DNA of 64,000 nt from Stegostoma tigrinum (GCF_030684315.1 NC_081373.1:39781989-39845988), one strand, 5' to 3'. Shown: positions 1-13,460, counted from the stretch's first letter. Notes: generated by a model from the sequence alone, not told the origin. A program made the numbers and translations.

Positions 1-560
1 TTCTCAGCCATAAATATTTTCAATAACTCAGCAGCTGCAAACCTCCAGGGTAGACATTCCAAAGATTTGCAACTCTTTGTGTAAATTCTCCTGATCTCTA
101 TCCTCAAGCTTATTTTCAACCTCACCCTTTTTTTCCAGATTCCCCAGTCGGGGAATCAAACTCTTTGATTACCCTGTCGAATATCTTGAGATTTCTTACA
201 GGTTTCAAGAAAATGACCTTCCATTCTTCTAATGTGAAGGGAACATAGACTTATAGCCTCCCTGTACAAATGTTGCAAGCCTTCTTTTTACTTGTACTCC
301 AATACCCTTGCAATAAGGCCAATGTGCCATTTGTCATCCTAAGTACTTCTTATACCTGCTTGCTAACTTTGTGTTTCTTGTATCAGTATCCCCAAGTCTG
401 TCTGAACAGCAGCATTTACAAGTTTCAAATCTTATTTAAAAAATTCTGATTTTCTAATCTCCTCATCAAAGGGCAGAAGTTTTCACTTCTCTACACTATG
501 TTCTATGTACCACATTGTTGCGCACTTACTTAACTTGTCTATAACTCTTTGCAGCCTTTT
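1..560 (-). mobile_element. Degraded CR1-type LINE fragment (RT C-terminal region)
   Basis: Reverse complement resembles the CR1 ORF2 3' region seen in better copies here (e.g. 15500-16250); no open frame. Confidence 0.6.
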
Positions 561-589
561 TTCCCTTTCATAGCTTGCTTTACAGAGTT

Positions 590-1013
590 ATGAATACAGC
601 CCACTCCATTACAAAAACCAGCCTTCCTTCCGTTGACTTCATTAATACTTCCCAATGCCTTGGGCAAGCGGCAAACATAATCAAAGACCCCTCCCACCCT
701 GGTTATACTCTCCTCCACCCTCTTCTATTGGGCAGAAGACATTAAAGCTTAGAAACACATATGAACAGATTCAAGAACAGCCTCTTCCCTCCTGTTATCA
801 GACCTACAAATAGACCTCTTATACATTGGAGTTGGTCTTCTCTGCACCTTCTCAGTAGCCATAACACGATATTCTGCATTCTGGTCTATTACCCTGATGT
901 ACTTAATAAAGGTTTGATTTGTCTGGCCAGCATGCCAAACAATACTTTTCACTGTATCTCAGTACGTGTGCCAATAACAAATCAATTGAAAATAATAAAT
1001 CAAATCAAATCAA
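590..1013 (+). mobile_element. Rex1/Babar-type LINE 3' end
   Basis: ORF 761.. begins MNRFKNSLFPPVIR, like the Rex1 ORF C-terminal RxxNSFFP motif; ends in AATAAA plus a (AATCA)n microsatellite tail at ~993-1013. Confidence 0.6.
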
Positions 1014-3125
1014 ATTTGTGTCAATCAGCAAATATAGATGTATTTCAGCCTCAACTGTTCAGTTCTAAACACCAGACTTTAGGAAGGATATGAAGGCATT
1101 AGATAGTTTGGCAAATTGGCAGATGGAGGAAAGGTAAAAAATGCAGGATATATAGTGAGTGAAACTCTGTCTCGAGGCATGAGGTGGAATATGTAGGCAG
1201 TGACAGAGTGACAATATCTAATTTCTATTTCATGTGGTGAATGAAAGGAGTGATGGTCTATTTTGCAGTCCCAAGAATTGCATCCAGAAAGTATGAATAT
1301 ATATTCCTTGTCAAAAACTACAGCTGGTCTTGGTGTTCTATACAAACATACAATGAATACATACCATCTTGAAAATTCTCCTGTGCTGGAACTGACCACT
1401 CGTATAAGTCAACATCCCTTTAATGTAGGAACAGTGTTGCTCCTTGAACCCTGACCTAAGCTCTATTCTGTTACTCAATATTTGCAATTATTGGCAGTCA
1501 ACTAGCTGGGTCACATGCGTGGGCAGTGACGATTTGGAAGAATTTCATGACCTAAAAAAGTATTGCTATAATAGTTATGGCAGTGAGAGCAAGCCTGGAT
1601 GCTTCCTGGGGATGCTTTTAAGATATGCCATCCCCAACAGTGATTTGCAGATGCTGTGGGAAATGTGTGTTCTAAATGTAAGTCCCAGTGCATTTAACAC
1701 ACAAATGCCTTTATTTTTCTGATAAGTACTGCTGCTCTTTTCTTCACATTGGGATATGATACCGGAGAGCCTCACAGAGTAAACATTTGCCAAGTGTGCT
1801 CCTATCTATGAGTAATAAAGTCCAAGGTTCTAACTTGATTTCAGATGGTCCTGGTGATTGTAGATCATGGCATCGGCATGAGTATTTATTTTGTTCATTT
1901 TATGCTGTATCACTGGTACTTACGTTTACAGTGTGAAAACCTCAGCCCAGTCTACACCATTGCCAAATTCATGGCACCTGTTTTGAGGCAAGCATCTAAA
2001 ATAGGTGATTGCTTGAAAATGAAATCTGGAGCTTTAAACTCTGTAAATAATCACTTTCTCAAACTGACTACCACAAAAGCAGGGCAGGTAACTGTCATGG
2101 CACAATTTGAATTCTCCAGTGGATGGCAGCCAAAATTAAGTTTCTTGATATGGTTTATCTTGAAAGACAGTCCCAAAAACTGGGAATGTCAGGAGTGCAG
2201 AAGGATGTATTGGACTAACAACTCATTGTCTAGTATAAAGGTAATTGCATTTGTGGAAGGGACATGGACTTCATGATCTTTCATATTATTAAACAGCTAA
2301 TAAAGAAACTATTTGATTTTTAAAAGTACACCTTTAGCAGAGCATTGACTTCAAGTGCTTGTGTGTTCAATTTTCATTTGTCCCGTTAGATAGCATCTGT
2401 ACGTTGATGGAATAATACCTGTTCCTGTTTCTGTAACTTCTGTGGTTCAAAGCTACATGGAGAGTCACATGTGTAAACTAAAGATATCCCAACTTCAAAC
2501 TTTTGGCAGTTATGAAAAACTGTTGTTCGTTACTGTTCAGTGAATTCTAGATGTTTTCTGGCAGCAGTTACAATGAACTTCGATATTTGCTAACCAACTT
2601 TCTCAGAGATGTTATGATACCTGGAAAAAATGGGACTTGATGCCAAGCCTCCCAGTTTTAGAGGTGGGGACACAATCATTGCACAACAAAAACCCATTGT
2701 GTTGGCTATTGTGTGTTTAAACAGAGTGCTGCACTGTGGACTGCACTTTAGTTGAGTTCAGATATATCCCCTGATATGTACTGAAAAAAAAATCCTGATA
2801 CGTAAGGTGTAGTAACTTTGCTATCAGGTTAGCAGCTTTAATTGTTAATTGTGTCTGCAAGTGTGTGCCAACAGCAGCTTCCCTGCTTAACTTGCACCTT
2901 CTTGGGCACTGGGCTGTGGGGAGCTTGTGACAGCTGACCTAGGGGCAGTGTACTTTCTAGCTGGCACGATGTGATGAAACTGTTTTCTATTTGTCCTTTT
3001 GTGATGGTTTCTGCACCTATTGTCACCTTCTCCCTCTCTTCCAGTACTCAACAGAGGTGAGTTAACACTAACTGCTTCTTGCACACTAAGGATGTCCAAA
3101 CCAAGCAATCAGTAATTGACTGCAA

Positions 3126-3346
3126 GATAATAAAATGTGAGGCTGGATGAACACAGCAGGCCAAGCAGCATCTCAGGAGCACAAAAGCTGATGTTTCGGG
3201 CCTGGACCCTTCCAGGCCCGAAGGGTCCAGGCCCGAAACGTCAGCTTTTGTGCTCCTGAGATGCTGCTTGGCCTGCTGTGTTCATCCAGCCTCACATTTT
3301 ATTATCTTGGAATTCTCCAGCATCTGCAGTTCCCATTATCTCTGAT
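3126..3346. mobile_element. Palindromic non-autonomous derivative of the Neptune-like PLE 3' end
   Basis: ~85-bp near-perfect inverted arms, nearly identical to 62631-62718; extra ~38-bp tail on the right arm; exact 15-bp TSD AGTAATTGACTGCAA at 3111-3125 and 3347-3361. Confidence 0.9.
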
Positions 3347-4010
3347 AGTAATTGACTGCAACTTAATTGTGTACAGTTTTACCTGCTCTATTGAATAAGC
3401 TATTGCAAGGGGTGGCAGCTCTGAAAATCATGGAACAAGTGTCACTCTCCTGAACTAAGCAGTGTCTCTTTTGAGTTTCATGCAGAAAAGGCTTGTCCAA
3501 GGAGAAGGAGAATGCCCTAGAATTAAGAGAAAAAGAACTGCAGTAGTTTCAAGGTATGCACTTCACATTATTGGCAGTGTCATAAATTAAGCTTCTGGCA
3601 CATACAAATTCCTTGTTCTTCAGCGATATAACAGAGGGGAAATTTGCCAGACCTTCCATTCTAAAATCATGGGGAGCCTGTCCCAGTGAAATGTGGTCCA
3701 AGTATGTATTGCTTGTTGCTTCTTTGGCTCAGATATCAGGAGCAAATGATAGCTGCTGAAAAATGATCTGTTGCCAAATAAAAAATAAGCAGATGAGAAT
3801 AAAATGCTTTTTGCTGCATCATAGCTTTAAACTTTTAAACCAAGTTTTGAAGTCAGAGCACAGAAAAATTGAGTGACGCATAAAACAGATCACTGACTCA
3901 AACCTACTGGCTGGGTAAGCTAATAATCAGACCCTTAGGTTAGAGCCTTGATGAACCTAATGTTAATCTACTATCAGTAGTAGCTCACTAAAAATGAAGT
4001 GGGTTACCAC

Positions 4011-4221
4011 CGTAGTGATTATAATTAAGTCAACCAAGTGGACCTCCTAGAATGTGAGTTCTCTGATTATGGATGTTAACCTGGTCAAATCAGGGAGCCG
4101 TGGTCTACAGATAAGAACAGGCATGACAGAGGTTCTGGGAGCTGGTTCTGAGGAAGCTGGATCCACGTGTAAATAAAGTGTGACTTATTGACAGGATACT
4201 GGCCTCTGTTGAATTATTTCA
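4011..4221 (+). mobile_element. Solo LTR of the Gypsy family found at 42528-47052
   Basis: Colinear similarity to both provirus LTRs (cagggagcc, gaagctggatc, gtgtaaataaag, tggcctct..tttca); flanks ACCAC/AGCAC form a 5-bp TSD with 1 mismatch. Confidence 0.8.
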
Positions 4222-4261
4222 AGCACTGCCTTTACAATAACTCACCAGACGTTAATAAATG

Positions 4262-4427
4262 AGATGACAAGGTGTAGACCCTGATGAACGCTTTTTCTAA
4301 AGAAGGATCTAGGCCCAAAACGTCAGCTTTCCTGCTCCTCTGATGCTGCTTGGTCTGCTTTGTTCATCCAGCTCTACATCTTGTTACCTCAGATTCTTCA
4401 GCATTGGCAGTTCCTACTATATCAGAG
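4262..4427 (+). mobile_element. Older PLE-end mini-element with a short inverted 5' arm
   Basis: Decayed hammerhead region (ctaaagaaggatctaggcccaaaacgtcagc) plus body and tail; ~30-bp inverted arm at left; TSD GT(T/G)AATAAATG at 4251-4261 and 4428-4438. Confidence 0.75.
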
Positions 4428-5719
4428 GTGAATAAATGTTCTCTTTTGACTGTTAGTTTAATAAGTGAAGTGATACTGTGTATGCATAACATTAATGATT
4501 TGTCAGAAGCCTTTAAGATTTTTAATTGATTGCTGGAATATACTGATGGGTAGAACAAATCAATGCATTTAATTTTCATTTAGGGAAGATTGCTGAATAA
4601 GCCCTTCTGCTGAAGATGGCTTTTAATAAAGACAATGACATACCGCACTTTTGGGGCAAAGAATCTCCCAGGAATGTGCAGTAACATGAAGTGACATGAT
4701 ACTATTGAACAACCTCTCTGGCCCTAAAAAAAAACTCTCAAATCTGGAGTCTCATTCCCCCTGAAGAAAATTTAAATGTTGAAAATTTTAGCTTTTTTAG
4801 AAATTTCTGTTTGGTAGTTGAAGTTTTTCCTTTTACTTCCACACGATTATCTTGATAATTATTTCAACTTCTGTACACTGATTTAATGGTACTTTTTGAT
4901 TCTGTCCTGAGAATCTTCATCTTGATTAGTTAATCAGTTTCCTCACTGCATGCCCTGTTCACAGACCCAACAGATGTTACATAGAGGACACCAATTCCAA
5001 TTTCAAATCCATGGCAGAAAAGCAAAAGCCTCACTCTGAGTCTCGCTACAACTCTGTCAGAGGATTTTTATCAAGGTGAATGACATGTGTCGTGCCTTCA
5101 TCAGTAACCAGAAAACCTGTCTTGTGATGTTTGCACAGCAAAAATGACTTTGCATTACATTCGTGACATTTGGCTGTGAACTTAATCTGTAGCTGAAAGT
5201 TATTTCTGATCAGTGCCTATCCATGAACATAAATGAGAAATTGCTAGTGTTCTCTTTTCAAGGGTCGAGTATTCTTATTGTAACTGATGTATCTGTAACT
5301 GTCTACATTTGGACTAAGAAGTGAAATCTCCAATTTCCATTTATGCATATTGCAATGGATGCTTTACAATCAATTTTGACATTTCTACTTCCTGACTGGC
5401 TTAATAGAGGTGAATTCACAACAAGCCAAGAAACTTTCAATAAGTTGTAAAGACGCTTTGTTTTTGTGTAGTTTTAACTAGCTTTTGTAAACAAGCATGA
5501 TTATGGATTTTTTAAATATTAGCCTAATTATAATATATCCTATTCTGCTTTACAATAACCTGTTGGAGTAATGCAGCTACTTCCTTAAAAAACATTAGGA
5601 GAATGCAATGACAAAGTGCATTTGCTCACTACCAGACCAACCACAGAGAGATGGGTATAAATTTGATTTCCCCACACTGATCCCGCTGACATCAGTGTAG
5701 AGAGCAGCTTCGGAGTAAC

Positions 5720-6951
5720 TGAGCATACCTTAACTGGTGAGTTCAACTGAGGGCTTTATGGTGGAAGATACTTTGAACATTCCCTTAATACTGAAGAATA
5801 TTGAGGAGGAATTAAATACCAGCACCAACAGTATGAGACAAACTAATGGGACTAAAGGCAGATAAAACCCCCAACCTTGATACATCCTAGGATCCTAAAA
5901 GAGATAGCTATGAAATAGTGAAAGTATTGGTTATATTTTTCCAAAATACCTTGGATTCTGAAAGTATCAGAGGAATAGATAACTGCCGATATGATCACTG
6001 AGGTTCCACAGGGATTTGTGCTGAGATCACAATTGTTTACAGTAGATATTAATGACTTGAAATAAGAAACCAAATGTACTGTACCAGATTTGAAGATGAC
6101 ACAAAAATAGGTGGAAAGGCAGGAAACAAGATCGATACAAACAATTTATAGAGAGATACTGATAGGTTAAGTAAGTGAGAAAAAAGTTGGCAAATGGGGA
6201 AATGGTAATGTGGGAAAATGTAAAGGCCTTCATTTTCAAAAAAAAAGAACAGTTTTATTTAAATGGCGAGAAGCCACTGAAAGCTGCAACATAAAGAGAC
6301 TTGATGGTACTTGTGCATGAAACACAGAAAGCTAGCACACAGGTGTATCAGATAATCAGGAAGGCTATTGGAATGTTGGTCCTTATTTCGGGGCGGGGGG
6401 CTCGTGGAGGGATGGTGGTATATAAGAGTAGAGAAGTCTGGAACTTTGAACACCTTTGGTCCCCTTACGGTCCCCAGAGAAGGTTAACAAGGATGATCCC
6501 TAGTATGGAGGCATTGTCTTATGAAGAAAAGCTAAACAGGTTGGAACTCTACTCATTGGAGTGTAGAAGAATGAGAGATGATCTCATTGAAACATATGGT
6601 ATTCTTAAGTGGCTTGAGAAGGTAAATATTGAGGATGTTTCCCTTCATGGGGGAGTCTAGGACCAGATGGCATACTCCTAGTGTAAAGGGATGTCAATTT
6701 GAGACTGAGATGAGGAGAACTTTTTTTTTCTCAGAGGGTTGTGAGCTTTTAGGACTCCTTGCCACAGAGAGCTGTGGGGGCAAAATCTTTATGTATGTCT
6801 AAGGCTCAGATAAATTCTTGATCAGTCAGGAATTGAGGGTTATGAGAATAACGCGGAAAAGTACAGAAATGTCACATTTGCCATGATCCTGTTGAACGGT
6901 GGAGCAGGTTCAGAGCGACTGAACAGCCTGTTCTGGTTCCTGTTTCTTATG
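5720..6951 (+). mobile_element. Degraded CR1 LINE with internal deletions
   Basis: ORF 6301-6660 contains QRRLTRMIPSMEALSYEEKLNRLELYSLECRRMRDDLIETY (CR1 ORF2 C-terminus); CR1-type 3' end near 6900-6951. Confidence 0.8.
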
Positions 6952-9375
6952 GGACCATTTTTGCACATCTCTCAACTGCTGCTTGGGAGTGACATTGAAT
7001 GAGATCCTGGAAGCAAGTTATCTTTTCTAATGGACTGTTGAAATATTTCAATGCTTACGAAAACTGGCATTGGGAAGGCAAGGTTTATTGTCAATTTTTT
7101 TAGTGAAAAATTTCTAAAGAGCAGAATACTTGCGCAATAAACTGTTATGGTTAAGTTGTTTAATAATATTTGTGATATATGGAGTTTAACAGATAACATA
7201 CACCTGTTTTATACCACAGAAATAGCATCAATTTTTTAATGTGCTGGAAGTCATTTTGTAGGCTGTGAATATCCGACAACGCACCCTGTAATCATGCATC
7301 ATCTTGTTGGTATTTTGTGCGTCCATGGAATGTGAAACTGATTTGAAACATTTCACATTATTTTATCAAAGGTAGAAAAAATGTTTCATTTTTAGGATGT
7401 AAGTGATGGTTTGAACGGAGGCAATGCACATAATTTGAAAGAACCACTCCCTAAAACTTTTATTAATCTAATCTTATGATTCACTGTTAAGATAAAAAAA
7501 AATTTAACACAGCAATTCAAGTTCAAACAGCTGAAAAATTGTCAGAGACCAATGTTCAAGCTGGTTCCTAGTTTTAACCGTAGTTATTTATCAGCATATG
7601 TCAAACGATGAAGCAGTAATTCTAAATGTAATGTATGCATCCCATTTCAAGTTCTCAATAGGAAACAAGTTGGAATTATGTTACTATGGTAACACAGATT
7701 TTTTTCCATTTGATGTTGCTTTGAAACACTTTTCTAAAACATTCCTACTGTACCCTAAGGAATTATTTCTTTACTTCTGTGTTTGCTGAAACACAATGAT
7801 TATGTTTATCTTGTGGATATTTGACCAGCTGGAGTTATATATCACTTCTTCCTTTGAATGTATTTTCTTTGAAAATGTATGAGATCCACTTTAGTGTGGA
7901 CAAAACCTCAAAATGCCATTTCCAGTTGTGTGTAAAATAGAACAAGTATTTTACAGTTTGAGCTTAATAGTTTGAAAAACAGAGCATGTGACTTGTTTTG
8001 TTAATCACCTTCTACCATCAAAGATCCATATGAAAATTTATACCACTGCTGGCCTCTCAGCTCTGATATATCAGAAAGTTCTCTCCTCTTTGGCTTCTGG
8101 GTAGCCACCAGCTGCATTGGAGAGCTGTCCAGTGAAGGGCTGCCTACTTCCTTGCAGTTTGAATCAATGCATCTTTCCCAATATGCCTTCCAGGTGTGGT
8201 GATTAGCGATAAATAATTCATTTTCAATTTTCACAATAAAAAGAAAAGGAATACTTGGAGTTCTGGGGACATGTGCTAATGTAGCATTAGGAACTGAGCT
8301 CTCCAGTCACAGCAAAATGGTGGCATGTGTTTGTGCATGCTCACCTTGTTGTTTCCCCAGATCCTGCAATGCTAACTTATTCAAAAACTGTTTGTGTGTA
8401 TGTGTAGGATTGCAATCATTTGAAGAATGTAATCTAATTTAAATTTTGCAAGGGAGTCTTACCCACTGGTTGCAGCTCTCTATTACCTCTGGTGAGAACC
8501 ATCGACACATGTGCAGTTAAATATCAAAATCCCAAAATTAATGATCATACTGACAGATATGCTGTGCTATTTGTAGCTTTGCCAATGGAACTGAAGATTA
8601 AGATGCTAATTTCACATAATTGCCCATTATAATCGTGCAAAAGACCAATAAAAAATTTAAACCTAGCTTGCTCTGGAGTAATACGAGTTGTTGATAACCC
8701 TGTACACAGCAAAACTAATTTTACAAATGTGAAAACCCTAATCAAATTTCATCAGAAAAATAATGTTGCAGATGTTAAAAAAGACTTTTTTTATATAGCG
8801 CTTGTGACTTTTTTACTTTTATGTACTTCTTTTAATGTGTCTATGTTTTAGTTTTTCATTTGCATTGGATGAAATGCTTTGAATTTAACTCCGGTTGCCA
8901 TGTTTTACTTGCTGCTTTTTCATTTGTGATGATTCTTCGGTTTGATTGACTGACTGAACTGCTTTCTAAATGCTAGCCCACTACACAGACATTACTGATC
9001 CCTTGTAGAAGGTGCCAAATTCAAACAAATGTCACGAGTTTAATTCTCCACTGAGAAAAACGAATAAGTTGCTGTGTTCTCCACCTGCAGCAAAAACTTA
9101 GGTTTTAGAACAATTGTTGCCTGAAATTCATTTGTTTTAGACTGTTCGTATCAATAGTGATGACTCAGAGTATAATTAAATCTTCTTATTTAAGTAATCT
9201 ACATTTAATCTGCCTATTTAAATGATCCTCTTTCTTAATTTTCTACAGAGAAGCTGTGAAAATGTGGGTAGTGTTGATAGACTGTGCCTGTACGCAAATG
9301 AAATTTAAAAATAATAAACTGTTTCTCATGCTGTCACTGTTAGTTTCTTATTTAATTTATGTATTTACTTGGCAG

Positions 9376-9574
9376 GAGAATGTGTCCCTTGCTGACATCC
9401 TGTCATTACGAGATAGCTGCCTCAGTGAACAGGATATCTGGGCAGCCTGCCTAGAATGTTGCCTTTCAATGAAGAGCATCTCCCACACTCCACTCTTTCA
9501 TACTCTCTGTATCACCCCAGATACGTTGGCTTTCAATGCTAATGGGAACGTTTGCTTCATGGAGCAGCTGAGTG
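9376..9574 (+). CDS. KNDC1: KNDC1 (very-KIND) internal coding exon, start of KIND domain 1 (probable exon 2)
   Basis: Translates ENVSLADILSLRDSCLSEQDIWAACLECCLSMKSISHTPLFHTLCITPDTLAFNANGNVCFMEQLS, recognised as vertebrate KNDC1 KIND1; acceptor ..ttggcag| at 9375, donor |gtaagt at 9575; 199 nt, phase 0 to phase 1. Confidence 0.95.
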
Positions 9575-11179
9575 GTAAGTACTATGTGCTCTTCAAAAAC
9601 TTTTCTGACACATATAGTACGGAACTGCAGAGAATTTCACATGATGCGATTTCTCATAACTTCAATGTCTGATGTTTCTTTATGTTGTACTATGTTTATT
9701 ATCTTCATTTGCTAATTGGTAAAACGCCTCCTTGCGCATGTTCGGGATCAGAATCTAATCAATCAATTGCAATTTCAGTTTTGGAAAAGCTCCCTTTCAA
9801 TTGAAAGTCCAGGAGATAGTAAAACTTCGGAAACTGTGACAAAAGAAGGCTGTTGCATTTGAAATATTACGCATAGAACCTGAATCATTCCTTAAATGAT
9901 TGGCAGAGACAGAACTTGGCAGTAATAACATAATCAAATCTATAAATCAGAAAAAGTTAACTAGCCATTTGTGGTTTTCATGGTTTAATTGCATTTCCTG
10001 TCGAAACTATCTACAATGTAAACTGTTAGCAGTGGATATACATAGGCTTTTTTAAAATAATGTAGACCTTAGTTTTGGATAGATGTTGACTAAGAACTTA
10101 AATCTGTTAACTACATTCTCTTTTTAGTTTTGAATTATAACATATTAGATTCTTCTTGCATTTCACTCAATGCTATTGAGATGTTCGTAGTCAAGTAGTC
10201 CACGGAGCTCAGTGTTTACATTGAGCACTCACTGCTTTATTCTTTATGAAGTTTGTGGAGCTTAGATCCCACAAAACAGCCATGAGACAAGTGCATCCGT
10301 AAAGCAATTACATCCCCCCATTTCCCCCCAACAATGACGATAACACAATGCAATCCAACAAACAAACATTCCTTTTATGTCCTTACATTGCTCAGTATCA
10401 ATTCATGCCTTCCCATTTTTCCCAGCTGAGAATGCTGCTTTCCTGGCAGAAACCAATAAATAGGCAAGACGGAAATGTAATGGAACACAGCAATCATTGC
10501 GCTTAAAAATGGAACAAACTTAAAAATTAAATGTATATGTAGCTGAATCTGACCTCTCCCTTTTACTACCCATTCTGTGTCCCATTCATATGGGTTCAGC
10601 AGAGATAATGGCAGATTGCTAAGATCCCTGCTGTAGCTGATAACATTCCGTTAGTTTTGGATCCCATAAGGATCCTGCCAAAGACCTTTGCAGGAGCAGA
10701 CTCAGCTACTAAGGTATGAGATAGCATGATTGAGGATGGGCATGAGGGCAGAAGGTGAAGAGGAATTGCTTTGAGTGGAGTGCCCACTTTTAGGTCTGTC
10801 TTCATCATTGTCTCTGTCATGGTCTGTCAGTTAGCCTTGAACTTTAGGAATCACTAATGACTGATGAAGGTGAAATTATTCAGCTTATTTAAGTCATCCT
10901 CAATAAGAGCAAACTTTTAGACAAGGCCTACAATCAATTGATTTTTAAGTTTAATTCTCCATGTCGGTGGACCCTTTCTTCATTGATGAAAGATTTCCAC
11001 ACAGAGGCCTTCAACATTATGCCAGACATGTTTGAGACAGAAGCTTTATAAGCATGCACAGTATGCAAACCAGTACATCAAACATTATTTGCTGATCAGA
11101 ATTATGCGATTCATTGACAGTCCCCAGGCACAGCTTCTGTGTCTAGCTAAATAGAACTTTAAGGCTTCCACCGCCTCCA

Positions 11180-11585
11180 GCATGAGCTGTTCACTGACAT
11201 ATCTCTTGTTCGTCACTTGTCACACTAAAAATGAGGTGGCAGCCCTGCAGTGACTGCATAATCATACACTTGCTATCGAGTGGAAGCAGTATTATGTAGA
11301 CAGAGCTAAGTGATTCGTCGTGACATGTAGTGTGCAGCTTCAACAGAAGACAGTGCTTTCTGTGATCCTTGACATTCAGTGGCACTACCATTTCTGAATT
11401 CACCACCATTAATATATTGAGGCCATAAAAGCAGATCAGAAGTTTAGTATTAGTTGCCTACATGACAAGGACTTTAAAATGGTGCAAGGAGATTAATCAC
11501 CACAACTATCGTAAAGGCTAATTGGAATGGGCATTTAATGCTGGCCTTACCAGTAATGCTGTCATTCTATCCACAAAAGAAAAGT
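11180..11585 (+). mobile_element. Highly decayed LINE fragment with 3' tail shared with the SINE at 53540
   Basis: Tail ggaatgggcatttaatgctggccttaccag..aaaagaaaa resembles the SINE tail ggaatgggtaataagcactggcctagcc..aaaaaaa; clade not determined. Confidence 0.45.
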
Positions 11586-12944
11586 TGTAATACATTATGA
11601 AGTGAAACCCAAGTATCTACCTTATCAGTGCCATTGAATTGTGAGTATCTTGAGCAGTGAATCCTGTGATAGCGAACCCTGGAGGAAGGCATAACCGGCT
11701 GGTGCATCCTCCTGGATCATCTCCTTTGAAATACTTAAAGGCCCGATCGGATGACAATGACATAAATTAGAATGATCGCTGTAAGAATGTTTTAAGTATA
11801 CTTTGTGCACATGATCAGAATTTGAATGTCATATGATTGATGTTGAATCATGTTCCTGGATAGCTGAGAGCTCACCGGCCTTGACAGCTAGCTACACTGA
11901 AACCTCACTAGGGTCCAGCCTCCGCTTCCCTGCAGCGGTGAGATTGTTGGAGGTCTATTTTGAGCTCTCTGCCTCTTGCTTGTGTTTTGTGCTGTTTTCT
12001 TTAAGGGGTAAGTGGTGGAAAGGAAATAAAAATAAGTGAGAGAAATGGCATCTGTTGAATGAATAGATGGGAGGTATTTTTTTGAGAATCACTATGAAGG
12101 CAAAGCATGACAATACAGAAGGATGACGGTGAGTGTCAATTGTGGGTGAACAGATGGCGAATGGATCAAGTGGGTAGGCAAAATATGATGTGCACACTGG
12201 AAGACTAAACTGCTGTGAAGAATGGTGTTCTCAACTAGGCTTCAAAAGAGAAAAAGGTGGTTGGTGTTTGGAGGAGTGTAATTTTACCTGAAAATTCCCC
12301 TCCGAGTTACACACCATTCTGATTTGAAACTCAAGTGCTACTCGGTCATTGTCGCTGGCTTACTATCCTGGAACACCTGGCCAGACTACACCGTAGCTAT
12401 CTTAAAAGACAGGACCTTCAGTGATGTGAGAAGGTGCAGCAGGTTTGCTATTGTCATGTGACCTCTAGCTCTGTAAGTCCCTTTGGGTGCAGTTTACAGC
12501 AGTACTAAACATGCATCACTTGCAACATAGCCTCAGGGATGGTGCAGCTAAAAATGTGTGGATGCCAAGGGTGGAAGATAGCCAGAGATCAAAAGAATCA
12601 GCTGCATGTAAAAAAAAAGCCTGTGACTTTGAATTACTGGGTGTGTTAAAATGGCATGTATTTCCAATCACTAAAGCTTGTGAATCAAAGAAAATATGAC
12701 TCAAAATTGGAACTCATTCCACTCTCAGTGGCAAACTGTGAAATAGTTACAAAATGAAAGTGAAAAGCTTGAGCAATTAAGGATAGCATTGCTGTTACCC
12801 GTGCTGGGGAAAGAGTGCTGTCAGCTGTATTGAAACCTAGATCTCACTGGGGAGCAGAAAAACCAAACAGATTTTGAAAGCTTTGATGTCGCTTTTTAAT
12901 CCCCATATTTATGTTACAAATGAATATATTATAAGTTTGTCAAA

Positions 12945-13460
12945 TTGATTCCAGGGATCAAAGGGCTGTTTCAAGAGGAGCAGTTGAATAGGTTTGGCTT
13001 GCCTTCGCTGGAGTTCAGAAGAATAGGTGGGGGGATCTGATTGAGGCATAGAGAGCACTAAAGAGGATTGATAAGGTGGATGTTGAATAGATGCCCCCCC
13101 CTTGTGGGATAGTTGTGGACAAGAGGGCATATATGTACAGTGAGAGGAGGTAGGATCAAAGTTGAGATGAGGAGAAACTACTTCTTTCAGAGGGTTGTGA
13201 ATCCATGGGTCTCACTGCCCCAGAGTGCAGTGGAGGCAGAATCAATCAACAGATTCAAAAAAGCAATAGATACGTTTCTGACGCATAGCAAGATAAAGGC
13301 CTATGGGGACTCTCATCCACTTTGTTGAAATATTTATAGGGAGCAGGCAGGAAAGTAGACTTGAGACCAGGATATGATCAGCCATGATCATGTTAAGTGG
13401 GCTTGAAGGGAAGAATTGCCTACTCCTGCTTGTATTCTCCATGTTCCTATGCTTCTATGA
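12945..13460 (+). mobile_element. CR1 LINE 3' fragment
   Basis: ORF 13113 has RRNYFFQRVVNPWVSLPQSAVEAESINRFKKAID; ends in a (tt/cctatg)-like tandem tail. Confidence 0.8.

Noticed and set aside
1845-2276. 143-aa ORF
   Set aside because: No recognisable domain or splice structure; probably a chance frame in old repeat sequence.
3126-3346. CRISPR repeat, terminator or DNA-transposon MITE interpretation of the hairpin
   Set aside because: The context is eukaryotic, the sequence matches the PLE 3' UTR, and the long variable TSDs indicate retrotransposition.
9225-9275. Strong-looking acceptor (ttctacag at 9248) upstream of the KNDC1 exon
   Set aside because: Using it adds 127 nt and shifts the frame, and there is no convincing nearby donor; it cannot be supported without transcripts.
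1-9375. First coding exon or promoter of KNDC1
   Set aside because: No CpG-rich promoter or sequence matching the expected acidic N-terminus was seen; it probably lies upstream of the window.
9256-9672. 138-aa ORF as a standalone gene
   Set aside because: Only 9376-9574 is KNDC1-like and it is bounded by canonical splice sites; the rest is intron read-through.
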